This document shows, piece after piece, positions 13,128 to 26,321 of a DNA stretch of 64,000 nucleotides (positions are counted from its first letter, which is position 1; every line of letters begins with the position of its first letter). Both the position numbers and the translations under genes were made by a program. The notes under the pieces are model-generated. The model did no database searches. It saw only the letters and a program-made list of their open reading frames with translations, and had not been told where the DNA came from. Source of the DNA: Octopus vulgaris (taxonomy: Eukaryota); assembly GCA_951406725.2 (NCBI GenBank), contig OX597832.1:51274001-51338000 (forward strand), given 5' to 3'.

Positions 13128-13347
13128 CCCTTTCATTACTAACCCGGCTGAAACCAGCTCTGGCCCTGTAGTACAAATGTCTTGTTTTCATAAGTTTTGA
13201 ATTAATATCTTCCACCAAACCTTAGTCACAATTTATATTCCTAACACTAGCTTAATGATAACCAAATTATTTTACTAAATTCTTTGTTATATTTAAAATT
13301 AATTGAAAGAAACAGAGCATCTCAACGGAAATACGGTAACGAAAGGG
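13128..13347. mobile_element. piggyBac-type MITE (~220 bp); also at 52047-52266, 56376-56597, 56629-56848
   Basis: TIRs CCCTTTCGTTACC / GGTAACGAAAGGG with TTAA target sites. Confidence 0.85.
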
Positions 13348-13364
13348 TTAAATGATAAACTTCT

Positions 13365-13890
13365 GGAAAGTTTTACAGATTTTTACAGTTCCAGTGATGG
13401 CTTGGATCTGTAGTTTTCGAATCAGCTTCCTTCCTTTCTGATTTTGAGAAGCTTAATTTCTCAGGATTGGTATTTAGGCAGTGTGTTATATATCCCAGTG
13501 CTCCAATAATTACAACTATAAACCTGAACTCTGGATAGAGTAACTGTAGATTTCTCAATAGTTTAGCATAAGTATTTTCTTGTTTGCCGATCTTCAGCTT
13601 TATGTTAACACATCTGCTGGCCAGCTGATTTTCACAGCTGTAACACAGTTTCTCTTCTCTATCCCAAATTGTTATATCAGGTCTATTGTGTTTACATTTT
13701 ATCAACGTTTTCACTGGGACATTCCACTAGTACTCCTTTTTAGTATGAGTGGCTATGGCTTCCGCCATACTGTGGGTTCTTATTTCTATGTCCGCGGGGT
13801 TATCCTTTCGACGGATCTCGTTATACAGTGTCCTAGTTACAGCATCACGTCTTATCGGTAAATGATACCGTGATAACATTTTCGAACAAC
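13365..13890 (-). pseudogene. Restriction-like-endonuclease non-LTR retrotransposon 3' fragment
   Basis: KHNRPDITIWD...KQENTYAKL...IIGALG; frameshifted. Confidence 0.7.
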
Positions 13891-14224
13891 TGCCAGCCTC
13901 GTCTGGCACCTGTGCAGGTGGCACATAAAAAGCACCCACTACACTCTCAGTGGTTGGCGTTAGGAAGGGCATCCAGCTGTAGAAACACTGCCAGATCAGA
14001 CTGGGTCTGGCACAGCCTTCTGGCTTCCGAGACCCCAGTTGAACCGTCCAACCCATGCTAGCATGGAAAACGGACGTTAAACGATGATGATGATGATGAT
14101 GCTTATGATGTGGGTGATATCTTCGGGGTTAACTCTACAAAGTCTGCATTGGTTATCACATTTTACTGCTTTTCCTGCATCTATGTCCCTTTTGTGTACA
14201 TATGTATGTATGTTGGTTGGTTGG

Positions 14225-14522
14225 TTGGTTGTTCCTTCTCGAGCCATGCCTTGCTCATAAGGGCCGGTTTCCTGGTTTCTTGGTGTATAGGTTCCTCACC
14301 TGGACGGGACGCCAGTCTGTCGCAGGTGAGCTGCAAGATGCAGGAGAAGAGAGAAAGTTGTGGCGAAAGAGTCAGCAGAAGTTTCGCCATTACCTTCTGC
14401 CGGAGCTGCGTGGAGCTTGGGTGTTTCGCTCATAAACACACACATCGCCCAGTCAGAGATTCGAACCCGCGATCCCTCGACCACCTATCCGCTGCTCTAA
14501 CCACTTGGCCATGTGCCTCCAC
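14225..14522 (-). mobile_element. SINE with family-C head and Meta-like domain; also at 46506-46795
   Basis: Shares head and body with SINE-C, then CCTGCGACAGACTGGCGTCCCGTCCAGG and a (CAAC)n tail. Confidence 0.7.
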
Positions 14523-14794
14523 ATGTATGTGTGTGTGTGTTTTATGTAAATGAGAGAAAAAAAGGGTAAAAACATGTTTATATTATAGTTCCTACGTGCG
14601 TTTCACTATTATGGTTGTTAGGAGGCCCTGCAGTAGGTATTCCTATCTGTAATTCATAATTAGTTGCACTGTTCAATGTACACAGGAAACAGACTGGATT
14701 AATGTCTATGTAGAACTCTAAACATAACAGTAACATCTGTTTGTACACAGTGTGTGTGTGTGTGTGTGTGTGCGTGCGTGTGTGTGTGTGTGTG

Positions 14795-15070
14795 TGTGTA
14801 CACCAACCAACCGACCGCAGTCGTCTCAGTATTAGAGAGAGAGAGAGAGAGAGGTGCCAATCTGGCAGTAGTTGTGTGGTGGCGGCGCTGGTGGTGTCGG
14901 TTTGTTTACATTCTTATCGGTCTCTATGGCAGCTTATGGATGGTTTTTTCAATATAATCGGAAAGACGGACTATCATAGCAAGAATCGGGATGTCGATTG
15001 CTGTCTGTCACAGCCGTTTTTCCAGGCCTGTTGCCTTCGTTGTCCAGCTGCGAAGTAGCTTAGCTTAAGG
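14795..15070 (+). promoter_or_regulatory. Probable TSS region and non-coding exon 1 of the evectin gene
   Basis: CpG-rich non-repeat island after a (GT)n tract, ending in a donor-like site AAGG|GTGAGA at 15070/15071. Exon 2 has an acceptor upstream of its ATG, so an upstream exon is needed. The 5' boundary is approximate. Confidence 0.5.
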
Positions 15071-15651
15071 GTGAGATTCGACTTAGTATATATATATATA
15101 TATATATATTTTTTTAAACCCTTCATGTAGAGCTGATCGAAGGATCTCGGACGTTTTCGTAGTACCGGAGTATATCTTGATTTAAATGCAGAGACCACAT
15201 GAAGTGGGAATGCTCACATCTTCTATAATAGCTTGCAGATGTGATGATAAAACTGCAGATACCAACATTTGGTGGTCGTGTTTAGCAATGTCAGTCATTA
15301 ATTATTACATAAGCGAAAATCCCACGCGTTTTGCAGTGTATTTTTATAGAATTCGGTACGAGTGGCGCTATTTTGATGAGTAAAAAGGATGTTTCGTTTA
15401 TTTGTAACACAAGAAGAAGGAAAAAATGCATCGTCTACTTACTGATCTAGGCTTCGTTTAGGTCGGCATATTGCAGAGGTGGATGTTAAAAAGCACATTT
15501 TTGACGTTTCTCTCTTTCTCTCTCTCAACGCTTGGCTTCTCTGAAGGCGCGCGCGCGTATGTATGTGTATCCTGTCTGTACGTGTGTGTGTATGTTCTCT
15601 TATTTTCAATTATTTGAAATTTGTAAGGAACTGTTTCTAACAAAGATATGG

Positions 15652-16030
15652 GGAGCTTTTCCTTTTGAACGGCATATCTCAACGCAATTTCTAGTTAACT
15701 AAACACTTTTAAACTTCGTATACTGGTAGAATGTGTTTATAAAACATCATTTTTTTCTTGGCTTTATTGAGAAAATTCTATAGTTTGTAAGATATTTCCA
15801 CTTTAAAATCGAGCATTTCGGCAATTTTAACCAATCGCTGACCTCCATTTGGGGTGAAAACATTCCGTCCTGTATGAATATGTCCCTCGTTTAAGAAACA
15901 GATTGGGTTTATTTACATTTGCGAAGAAAAAAAGATACCCTTCCCCCAACCCTAACCCTAAAACAGATTGAAATGCAATAGATCGATACTAGGGTTATAA
16001 TTATGGGTGACAATTACATACGACACCGCT
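15652..16030. mobile_element. Diverged copy of the TTAGGG-containing MITE
   Basis: Reverse-complement match to 8365-8771, including CCCTAACCCTAA. Confidence 0.7.
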
Positions 16031-16089
16031 GCGGAAAATGGGATTTTTTTCTAGATACAATATATTGTATGCATGCTTGTGCGCGCGTA

Positions 16090-16600
16090 CCGTAAATCCT
16101 CGAGTATAGTCCGCCCTTGAGTATAATACGCAGGGAATTTTTAGGGGGCTGTACCTCTGAAAAACCTAAACCTTGTGTATAATACGCACCCCTTCTCTAA
16201 CTTGAGTCAAGGAGGTCTATATAACGTCCTTGGTTTGTAAAACTGTATAGGATAACGTCCTTTATTATTATTGTATATATAACATAATGCAAACGTGTAG
16301 CTTTTTTGCGCATTTTGTTTGCAGAAAATAAAGCAATAACAGTAATAACGTTTAATAATGTTGCTAACTGCAAGTTATGGATGATTCTTTTATGACTTCA
16401 TTGCTTTCAGGCTTAGCTTAAGGTATTTTCGCGCCCAACATCACAAAATGCGTCTGAATAAACATTGCCAGACAGCAAATAGAGACTCGGACATTGCTTA
16501 GAAAATAATTTTCATTTTTAACCTCGTATATAGTACGCACTAGGGATTTTGACCTTTAAATTTTGGGAAAAAAATGCGGATTATACTCGAGGATTTACGG
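16090..16600. mobile_element. pogo/Tc2-type MITE
   Basis: TA|CCGTAAATCCTCGAGTATAGTCCGC ... GCGGATTATACTCGAGGATTTACGG|TA. Confidence 0.85.
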
Positions 16601-17023
16601 TAAATAAAAATGATTTCTAATTTAAGCACAAGACCAGTTATCTTTGAAGGAAAGAGTGAGCTTTATTCTGACTCCAGTAATTCATTGATACTTTATTTTA
16701 TCCACCCCGAAGAATGAAAGGCGAAGTTAATCCCAGCAGGATTTGAACCCAGGTTGTAAAGAAACAGAATAAATAACCACAAGGCATTTTTTTTTTCTGA
16801 TGTTCTAACAATTCTGACAGCTAATCCAAATAGAAAATAGTGTAAAACGGGTCAGAAACCAGCAATAAGTCAAATAAAGGAAAACAACAATAGCTTTCAT
16901 ATGTACATACACAGTATACATTTTGAAACAAAGGACAGGAAAGTGAACAGTAAAAGAGTCATCAGCATGGCGGGAGCAGTGTTGAGGAATTTCGGGAAAC
17001 CAGGAATTTTTAAGTGTCTAGAC

Positions 17024-17242
17024 CAGTGCTTTTCAAACTTTTTGCTGGAGTGGAACCCCAAAGAAACATTCCACAGGCTCGAGGAACCCCTGTGCAATAA
17101 TTTAATAGTCTTATGCACACATATCTGCACAGGAGAATTAAAAATTACTGCCGAATTTGGCAGTTTTGTAACTTCTTGCGGAACCCCTAGACTGTGCTGG
17201 CGGAACCCTAAGGTTCCGTGGAACCTTGGTTGAAACCCACTG
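17024..17242. mobile_element. hAT (Charlie-like) MITE
   Basis: CAGTG...CACTG termini with a perfect 8-bp TSD gtctagac. Confidence 0.9.
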
Positions 17243-17402
17243 GTCTAGACAGCTGACAACCGACTCAGGTAGTTGTTCCCCCATGCTTTGATAATTCTGG
17301 GCTTGCAAAAACATCTCTGACAGATATGGGTACTGTGTTTTGGTTCTTATAAGTGTGTCCATGGGTGTTGGAGATATTGAATTCAACAAGTTGGAAAGAT
17401 AT

Positions 17403-18737
17403 CACAACGTAACAATTTTCAAAAAAAAAAAATTGTTTATTGTATTTTTTGTTTGTTTATCAATCCATTTTTTCTGCTAATTCCAAAAAGGAAATTATTT
17501 TTTGTGTATCATCAACAGTTAAAAAAGACATGTCGACTTTCAATATTATTATATATTCAGTATTGTTATAATGTTCCGCTACTAAATGTATGCCTAATTT
17601 TCTCTTTCAGTCCAATTACTAAGTTGTGCTACTTTCAGGATGGCTACTAGAGTATGTAAAAATTCTCCAAATACATTTTGCTATGTGTGTGGTTATTATA
17701 TTGGAAAAAAGCAGGTATTACATAACATTGTGAAAGATGCTAAATTGTGGATAGCGTACAGACTATTTCGGAATGCCCATGGGTGACCAGGACAAACCAT
17801 GGGCCCCCATATGTGATTATGTGGAAGCTGTCAGTCTACTCTAGAATGATGGTTAAGAGGTACAGGAAGGTCAATGCCTTTTGCCATTCCAAGGGTATGG
17901 AGAGAGCCAAAGAACCATCATGATGACTGTTACTTTTGTATGATCGATGTGACAAACTCTTCAGTATCCAGACATACCATCATCTAGAGCACCTGACAGT
18001 TTACGAGTACCACTACCACTAGAAAATATTTCATCTGAAGTGTCAACAAGTAGCAGCAGCCAAGAAATGGAGGAAGCTTTCGTACCATGAACAACTTCAG
18101 AGCCTTACTTTCCAAATCAGAGTGAGCTAGATGATTTAATCAGGGATCTGGGTCTTACTAAGTCAGGAGCTGAACTTTCATGAAGGTTGAAGGAACAGAA
18201 TCTACTGGGGGAAGACTGCAAGACATCTGTGTACTGGAAATGCCATGAAGTGAGAGTCATGGTGAGAGATTTCATCAGGACGTCACAACTATGGAAAGAA
18301 GATACCAAGGACGATGGAATGCTGCTTTGATGGGAGATTATATATGGTCTCTAGTCAGATGAGATGAAGGTATACACTCCAGAAAATCTCGATCGTCAAA
18401 GCACTTCTCATCTTAAGAAAAGAGTTATCAAGGCATTTACAGTGCAGAGTTTTATTGTTTCTTTTTGTTCTAACTCATATTATATTCTTCATAAATACCT
18501 TTCAATTTATGAAAAAGTACTAAATGTTGTGTAATTATCCTTACAATACTAGAATAGATTGAACCAATAAAGTACTGTAGAGAAAAGTTACAAATATAAC
18601 GAGCAAATATGAAATTAGGAATAAGTAAATAACTATCGATGTTACGTCAAAACAAATGGGATTTTTTAATTTAGTGGCAAAAAATGCATATATGAATATT
18701 AAAAAATACAAATAAACAAAACATGTGTTACATTGTG
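17403..18737 (+). mobile_element. Internally deleted DNA transposon, probably Chapaev3/CMC
   Basis: TIRs CACAACGTAACA / TGTTACATTGTG. Decayed transposase motifs FCYVCG, GDQDKPWAP, MPFAIPRVWREPKNHHDDCYFC and HGERFHQDV...YQGRWN. The superfamily call is from memory of these motifs. Confidence 0.7.
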
Positions 18738-20799
18738 TAGTGGGTAATCTTCTACAAGTATATTTGCATGCATTTTATTTTTAATATCTAAAATACATTG
18801 TCCTTGACTTTTAGGCAAAGAAGAATATGCATACATTGTCTCTCTCTCTCACTCACACACACACACAGGTAGATAGATAGATGAAAATAACACGAAGCAA
18901 CAAAAATAGGGAGCATTCCATCTAGCCTTAATGATTTAATCCATTGTTGGAAAATAAATTGTCTTTCCTTCTCCCATAAGCAAAAGGTGAACAAAACAAT
19001 ACCGAGAATCACATTGTTAGCTCAGCTATCATAATAAACACCTTTATCACTAACCATCATCATCATTTCATCATCACCACTGTCATCATCATCAACAACA
19101 CTATTAGCAATATTATGTCAGCAGCAAGTTTATTAGCCTCATCACCACTATTGTGTTCATCTTAATACCACCACCACTACCACCACCACCACCACCTCTG
19201 CCACCACAATTGCTAATCTCCTTATCAACTCTTTCATTATCTCCATCCGTCATCATAACTTCCATCATTGTCAGCGCTATCGTCACCATTATCATTATCA
19301 TACATCTTCCACCTCATTTAATACAGACTCGGCAGAACTACCTTTGACACTTCTTCATTTCATTCACAAGTTACAAGTTACTTCAGGAATATTTATCTTT
19401 CGCCAACTGTCTGTCTGTCTGTCAGTTTTGGTCTTGTTGGTTCCATTTGCTTCAGTGATTGTCCAGTGAAGTTACCATTCTCATAATATAAAATATTTTA
19501 CACATACAACAACAGCAGCAACAAGCCGGGGAGGTGGTTTATGTTGTCAGGTTCAATATTTAACCCTCATATCAGTATAGTAGACTTATGATTAAAGGTG
19601 AGTAGTTTGCTGTTCTTTTCCAACTGTGGCTTATCTTTTTGTACATCATAATAGAGTAAGCTAAGTTTACTGGTGTAAATATTGTTTTTTTTTATGAATT
19701 TGTCCCAAACAAGGCTCAAGTCTCTGTAGTAAGAGACCATAAAAAAGATTTTAAAAAAAAGTGGGGAGTCTATAGGCACAGGCATGGCTGTATGGTAATA
19801 AGCTTGCTTCCTAACCACATGGTTCCGGGTTCAGTCCCACTGCATCGCACCTTGGGCAAGTGTCTTCTACTATAGCTTCAGGCTGACCAGAGCCTTCTGA
19901 GTGGATTTGGTGGGCCAAAACTGACTGAAAGACGATTGTACTGTGTGTGTGTGTGTGTGTGTGTCCCTTCACCACTGTGTGAGTGTGTGTTTGTCCATCG
20001 TGGTCACCACCATTTGACAACTGTGTGTTGGTGTGTTTGAAGGCACCTACTTTCCCTTTGCTCTGATGGAGACCCTTCAGCGGTAACGGATCCTTCGACA
20101 CAGCCCAACCTGAACGCTAGAGATAGCAGCTGCTTCACCCAACCTTAACAACGTGATCACCTGTCTTAACCCCTCGACGACCTGACTCGAAAAGGCAGAA
20201 TGCCCCGCTCGCTGCGCGCGCATCATGGCTGCCCCTTTCGGTCAGCCCCAAGTTCCGGTCAGCTCCCCAGCTGCTGACGTCATCCCACAACCACCACCTG
20301 ACGACTGGTGTTGGTGTGTTTGTGTTCCCATAACTTAGCAGTTTGGCAAGAGACCAATAGAATAAGTACCAGGTTAAAAAAATAAGTACTAGTATCAATT
20401 CATTCGACTAAAAATTCAAGGCAGATGACACATATAAAGGTTTTGACATGAGTCCAGAGCTCAGCTGGCTCTGGCTGACAGTACCCAGTTTGGGCCCCTA
20501 TCCAGGATTACGGAAAGGAGACAACCTTCAAAGAAATCCGAAGTGGAGCCCCATAGGTGGTTTAGTGTTCAACTCAGCACTCTTCCGGAAGCTCCTGCAA
20601 CCAAGCTGGTGCAAAATGTAATGCTCTGCACTCCTTTGGACTACGTCAGCAAGGTCGAGAGAGGAATCCTGATGATTGGGCTACCCAGGATTTTCTTACA
20701 TCTAGCCCAGGCCTGCGCAAAGCTGGAGAGGAAACTGGAGAGGACACGAAATGTAAAAACCAGACTGGATTAGTGTATACACAACTCCATTGTCTCCTG

Positions 20800-21200
20800 A
20801 GACAAAAGGATACCAACAATTGTCTAGTATATGCAACTGAGGTACCAACTTCCCTTCTCTTTACAATTTCTGAATCTGGTTGAGATAATCTTGCACAGTG
20901 ACCCAAGATTCAATTGCACAGTTTTCACTGTGCCATCATTGAGAACAATTGGTCTTTCTGATCAACACCTATCCAGAAGACTGAAATCTTCGTTTCTGAG
21001 TTTGTTAAACTGCCTTTAGCATTTCCAAACATTCGCACCATCAGGATATACAATACATGTTGCTTTGATGCCCTTACAAAATTCGTAAAGCATGCAGTGT
21101 TGAATATACATCTCACTAAAGTCCTTGTCTTCTACGAGCTATCAGATGGAGCATATATGTGTACAGTGTATTTCTATATTAACATTTGGTCATTAACTCT
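20800..21200 (-). pseudogene. Ancient mariner transposase N-terminal remnant
   Basis: Minus strand YIQHCMLYEFCKG and QFNKLRNEDFSLLDRC*SERP resemble the mariner HTH region. Confidence 0.45.
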
Positions 21201-21964
21201 ATGTTGATGGTTGATTGCAAGGACAATTTTTATTGGCTTGCAAACTATTTGTGATATGATGGGCAGTCTATTTGCTTGAAAATACACCATTACTTTTCAG
21301 TATCCTTAATACAATATCTATAATCTAGAAACTGTGGAGGCTCAATGGCCCAGTGGTTTGGGTAGCGGTCTTGCGGTCGTAGGATCGTGGTTTCGATTCC
21401 CAGACCGGGCATTGTGAGTGTTTATTGAGCGAAAACACCTAAAGCTCCACGAGGCTCCGGCAGGGGGTGGTGGTGAACCCTGCTGTACTCTTTCACCACA
21501 ACTTTCTCTCACTCTTTCTTCCTGTTTTTGTTGTACCTGTATTTCAAAGGGCCAGCCTTGTCACACTCTGTGTCACGCTGAATCTCCCCAGGAACTACGT
21601 TAAGGGTACACGTGTCTGTGGAGTGCTCAGCCACTTACACGTTAATAAATGAGCTGCGACGTCACAGGTGCCAAGCTGTTTGGGCCCCTTTGCCTTTCCC
21701 TTGGATAAAATCAGTGATGTGGAGAGGAGAGGCTGGTATGCATGGGTGACTTGGTCTTCCATAAACAACCTTGCCCAGACTTGTGCCTCAGAAGGTAACT
21801 TTCTAGGTGCAATCCCATGGTCATTCATGACCGAAGGGGGTCACAACAATCTAAAAACTAAAACGTTAAAATTTTTGTATTAAGGTTAATTTAATGCATT
21901 TATTTATTTATTTATTACAGGTGTACACATTCACTGACTTGTCTATTGAAAAATCTACTTCAAA

Positions 21965-22007
21965 ATGGACTATGACATAATGAAAGCAGGCTGGATGCAT
22001 CGGCAGA
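21965..22007 (+). CDS. PLEKHB2: Evectin/PLEKHB-like, coding exon 1 (MDYDIMKAGWMHRQ-S)
   Basis: Acceptor ttattacag|G at 21920/21921, in-frame upstream TGA, caaaATGG start, donor A|GTAAGA at 22007/22008. KAGWMHRQS matches the evectin PH start (KSGWLLRQS). Confidence 0.9.
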
Positions 22008-22034
22008 GTAAGAGTTAATTTATTTAATTTTGCA

Positions 22035-22079
<45 letters not shown>

Positions 22080-22405
22080 TCTCTCTACCTCCTCACTCTC
22101 TCTAGCTACTCCCTCCCTCTAGCTCCTCCCTCTCTCCGCCTCCTACCTCTCTCCACCTCCTACCTCTCTCCGTCTCCTCCCTCTCTCCGCCTCCTCCCTC
22201 TCTCCGCCTCCTCCCTCTCCCTGCCTCCTCCCTCTCTCTGCCTCCTCCCTCTCCATACCTCCTCCCTCTCTCCGCCTCCTCCCTCTCTCTATCGCCTCCC
22301 CCTATCTACCGCCTCCCTCTCTCTACCTCCTCCCTCTCACACACCCTCACTCACTCACTCACTCACTCATTCAGTTACTCACTCACTCACTCAGTTACTC
22401 ACTCA
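22080..22405. repeat. Pyrimidine-rich ~17-bp minisatellite (CCTCCTCCCTCTCTCCG)n plus (CACT)n
   Basis: Directly visible tandem units after a (CA)n tract. Confidence 0.85.
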
Positions 22406-22699
22406 GAAAGTGGGAACTCAAAATATAGTCGCAGAGTATGAATTTTTAATTTAATCAAGATTGAATTTCATGATTGAAAAGTTGCTCGTTAGCAATCCAG
22501 GTTAACCATGATAAGCACCAATATTCTATTGCAACTTGTAAAAAAATAAACTTTGCATTTTTGAACTTGCTTATTCAAGTAGATTAGCAGCGTACAAAGT
22601 GCAACAACGATTAATAATGCTTTATTATCGTTGTAAGAATGTCCAACAGTGCAAACATTGAATCAGATATGTAACTGGTGTTTTTGTTATTCTGTAGTA

Positions 22700-23322
22700 C
22701 CAAGTCAGCTCTGATCAACTGAGTAGATCAATGGTCAAACGCCTTGCTAGCTCGTCCCACTTGATCAGCTCTGATGTTGTACATCTATAATGAAAGACAT
22801 TCCACGCATGACCACCATGTCTTTTTTAGCACCGAGTCTGCTCTGATCAACTGAGTAGACCAATGGTCAAACGTCTTGCTAGCTCGTCCCACTTGATCAG
22901 CTCTGATGTTGTACATCTATAATGAAAGACATTCCAGGCATGACCACCGTGTCTTTTTTAGCCTCAAGTCTGCTCTGATCAAGTGAGCAGACCTATGATA
23001 AAACATATTGCAACTGTGACGTTGTTGTTGTTGTTGTCAGTTCCTTCCACTTGATCAGCTCTGATGTTGTACATCTATAATGAAAGACATTCCACGCATG
23101 ACCACCATGTCGTTTTTAGCCCTGAGTCTGCTCTGATCAAGTTAGCAGACCTATGATAAAACATATATTGCAACTGTGATATTGTTGTTGTTGTTGTCAG
23201 TTCTTTCCACTTGATCAGCTCTGATGTTGTACATCTATAATGAAAGACATTCCACGCATGACCACCATGTCATTTTTAGCCCCGAGTCTGCTCTGGTCAA
23301 GTGAGCAGACCTATGATAAAAT
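22700..23322 (+). repeat. Tandem repeat, about 4 units of 130-160 bp
   Basis: CCACTTGATCAGCTCTGATGTTGTACATCTATAATGAAAGACATTCC recurs at about 22758, 22888, 23047 and 23207. Confidence 0.9.
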
Positions 23323-24557
23323 ATGTGTGTGTGTGTGTGTGTGTTTGTCCCCCCCAACATCGCTTGACAACCGATGCTGGTATGTTTACATCCCCGTAAC
23401 TTAGCGGTTTGGCAAAAGAGACTGATAGAATAAGTACTGGGCTTACAAAGAATAAGTCCTGGGGTCTATTTGCTCGACTAAAGGCGGTGCTCCAGCATGG
23501 CCACTGTCAAGTGACTGAAAAAAGTAAGAGAGTAAAAGAGAGAATATCCAGCCATTCATAAGAAAGCAATCAGTGTATTGCTGCAAATTTTAACTTCTTG
23601 CATGTGTGAGCAAGAATTTTCTTGTTTATCAACAAATATTAAGAGCAAAGACAGAACTTGTCTCCTTTTGGTTGATGAAATCCATGTGTGATTATCTAGA
23701 GTTTGAGACTGAATTAAGTATTTGTGTACCGAATTACAAGTACAGATTTTTCATTAGAGAAATAAATTTCATTATCTAAATTAGTTTCAGAAATAGCATT
23801 GCTTTGACTCATGCGACATATTGCTTTGGTTTAAATTGTAGTTTTCCAGCGTTGTCAATAGTAACTGTGTGGTAAGAAGCTTGCTTCTCACCCAGTGGTT
23901 CTGGGTTCAGTCCCACTGCATGGCACCTTCAGCGAGTGTCTTCCACTATAGCCTCAGGTCAACAAAAACCTTGTGATTGGGTTTGGTAGACAGAAACTGA
24001 ATGAAGTATGTTGTACACACACACACACACACATCTATATATATCTATAGGTGTAGGAGTGGTTGTGTAGTAAGTAGCTTGCTTACCAACCACATGGTTC
24101 CGGGTTCAGTCTCATTTCTTGGCACCTTGGGCAAGTGTCTTCTACTATAGCCTCGGGCTGACCAAAGCCTTGTGAGTGGATTTGGTAGACAGAAACTGAA
24201 TGAAGCATGTTGTACACACACACACATCTATATATATATCTATAGGTGTAGGAGTCGCTGTGTGGTAAGTAACTTGCTTACGAACCACATGGCTCCGGGT
24301 TCAGTCCCACTGTGATGCACATTGGGCAAGTGTCTTCTACTATAGCCGCAGGCTGACCAAAGCCTTGTGAGTGGATTTGGTTGATGGAAACTGAAAGAAG
24401 CCCGTCGTATATATGTGTGTATATATATATATATAATTATTTATAAATGTAAATAATGTAAATAATTTAAAATATCAGATAGTAAGACACATACACCCAC
24501 AATACATATACATACATGTACACACACACAAAAGTGTATATATCAATTTACCCTTTA

Positions 24558-25405
24558 CTTGCCAAATATAATAGTCCAATGGATTGAGATCTAGGGAATT
24601 AGGAGGCCAAATGTTAGGGATTATGTGATCAAGAAAATTTTCAGTCATCCATTCCTGTGTTACTAGAGCCATGTGTGAAAGTGCAGAGTCTTACTGAAAC
24701 ATATATGGCCTTCCATTGCATACACTGTCTATCCAGGGTTTAATTATTTCCAGGACCTCAATGTAGGCAGCGGAGTTAACTCTAAGGCCTTGTGGAATGA
24801 AGTAAGGAGGCATCACATGTTCTTCATTGCTGACAACCCCTAAAACCTTGACAGTTGCAGGAAGTTTTGTATGCATGACACTTGGAACTTCAGAAGGGTC
24901 TGCACATAACCATCTGTCATTTCTTCTGTTAACTTTTTGATCTTGGTCAAAGTTTTTCTTGTTTGAGTAAAACCAAATCAAATCTTCTTCTGTTGGATTT
25001 TTCTGTTTGTTTAAGAGCCTTTTAAGTCTGATGTAGTGATTTTCTTTTGCTTTTTCTGACAAATTGACCTTTCCTCTTCATATAAAACATATCTGATGTC
25101 TTCGTGGACAACATTCCTGGACTATTCCTTCTGACACATGGAAATCTTTTGCAATTGACCTCATGGACTTTCTGGAATTCTAATCAATGGTCTTTTGAAC
25201 TTGCTGGATAAATTCATGTGTTCTGATGATTTCAGAGGTTTTAGAATGCTTTTTATTCTTTGATACTGGTGATACACTTCCATCTTCAGTCTTTAGCTCC
25301 TTACAAACTCTGTAGATGAAAGATCTGGCAACTTTTAAAAATCAAGATATTTCTAAATCGCTATGCTCAGCCTTTATAACCACAATAACAGCTTGCCTCT
25401 TCATT
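24558..25405 (-). pseudogene. Tc1/mariner transposase remnant (DD37D/maT-like)
   Basis: WFYSNKKNF, GRPYMFQ and WPPNSLDLNPLDYYIW motifs, with stops and frameshifts. Confidence 0.8.
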
Positions 25406-25665
25406 TCTTGAGTAATCTGAGCACATTCTGCAAAGTGGTTGGCTTTAGGAAGGGCATCCAGCTGTAGAAATCATGCCACATGAAACAGTTTGCTGTCTGG
25501 ACAGCACCCGTCAAACTGTCCAGCCCATTCCAGCATGGACAATGGATGTTAAACAATGATGATGATTCCCTACAATTTAACTTCAAGTTCTACTTGGATC
25601 ACCTTTGTCCATTCCTCTCTTTGGGATTGATAAAATTAATAAGATATGGAGTTCTCTTGGAAATT

Positions 25666-26236
25666 GATGGAATTGTCCAGAAAGTTTATGCCGGTTTTTA
25701 AAGGAAAGTAAAAGGTCAATAAATACTTGCCATTACATTTTTAATCAACCAAATATGAACCATTTTGTTGCACAGTGCATCTCCATCTTTCCTTTAACTT
25801 GAAAATACCCTCTTCCCAGAATTGAGGTGGTTTCATGGCAAAGAATTCATCAAGGTATCTTTTTACATCATCCAAGGAATTGAAATTTTTACCATTAAGA
25901 CTATTCTGCAGAGACCTGAATAAGTGGAAATCCGAAGGAGCAATATCTGGTGAATAAGGAGGGTGGGGGTAACACATCCCAGCCGAGCTGCAGCAATTTT
26001 TGTCTGGTTCCCAAAGCATCAAGTGCCGAAAATGAACTTTCTTATCTTCCATTTTAAAGGGTTACAGAATTAACACAAGTTATAGGAACATAAACCTTCT
26101 TCCACGAAAAGATAGCTTAAACTGTGCTCTAAATGGAGGTGTAGTCAAATCTTATTTTATGGACTCAACCATGTTTTAAAATAAGTCGAAAGGTAAGTTA
26201 CTAGAAATCGGCACGAACTTTCCTGACGACCCAATA
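25666..26236 (-). mobile_element. Internally deleted mariner
   Basis: MEDKKVHFRHLMLWE fused to HPPYSPDIAPSDFHLF; inverted termini, one ending CCAA|TA. Confidence 0.85.
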
Positions 26237-26321
26237 GTTGGCTACAGTTCTTCTTTCGTGGCATTTTGTATTTGCAATGTAAAGATGGTATGCCCCTATA
26301 GTAATGCTTCTATTGTTTTAG

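Noticed and set aside
22700-23322. CRISPR-like array or hammerhead repeat (CTGATG...GAAA)
   Set aside because: Eukaryotic context with no unique spacers. The core reads CTGATGT, and stems I and III do not form convincingly.
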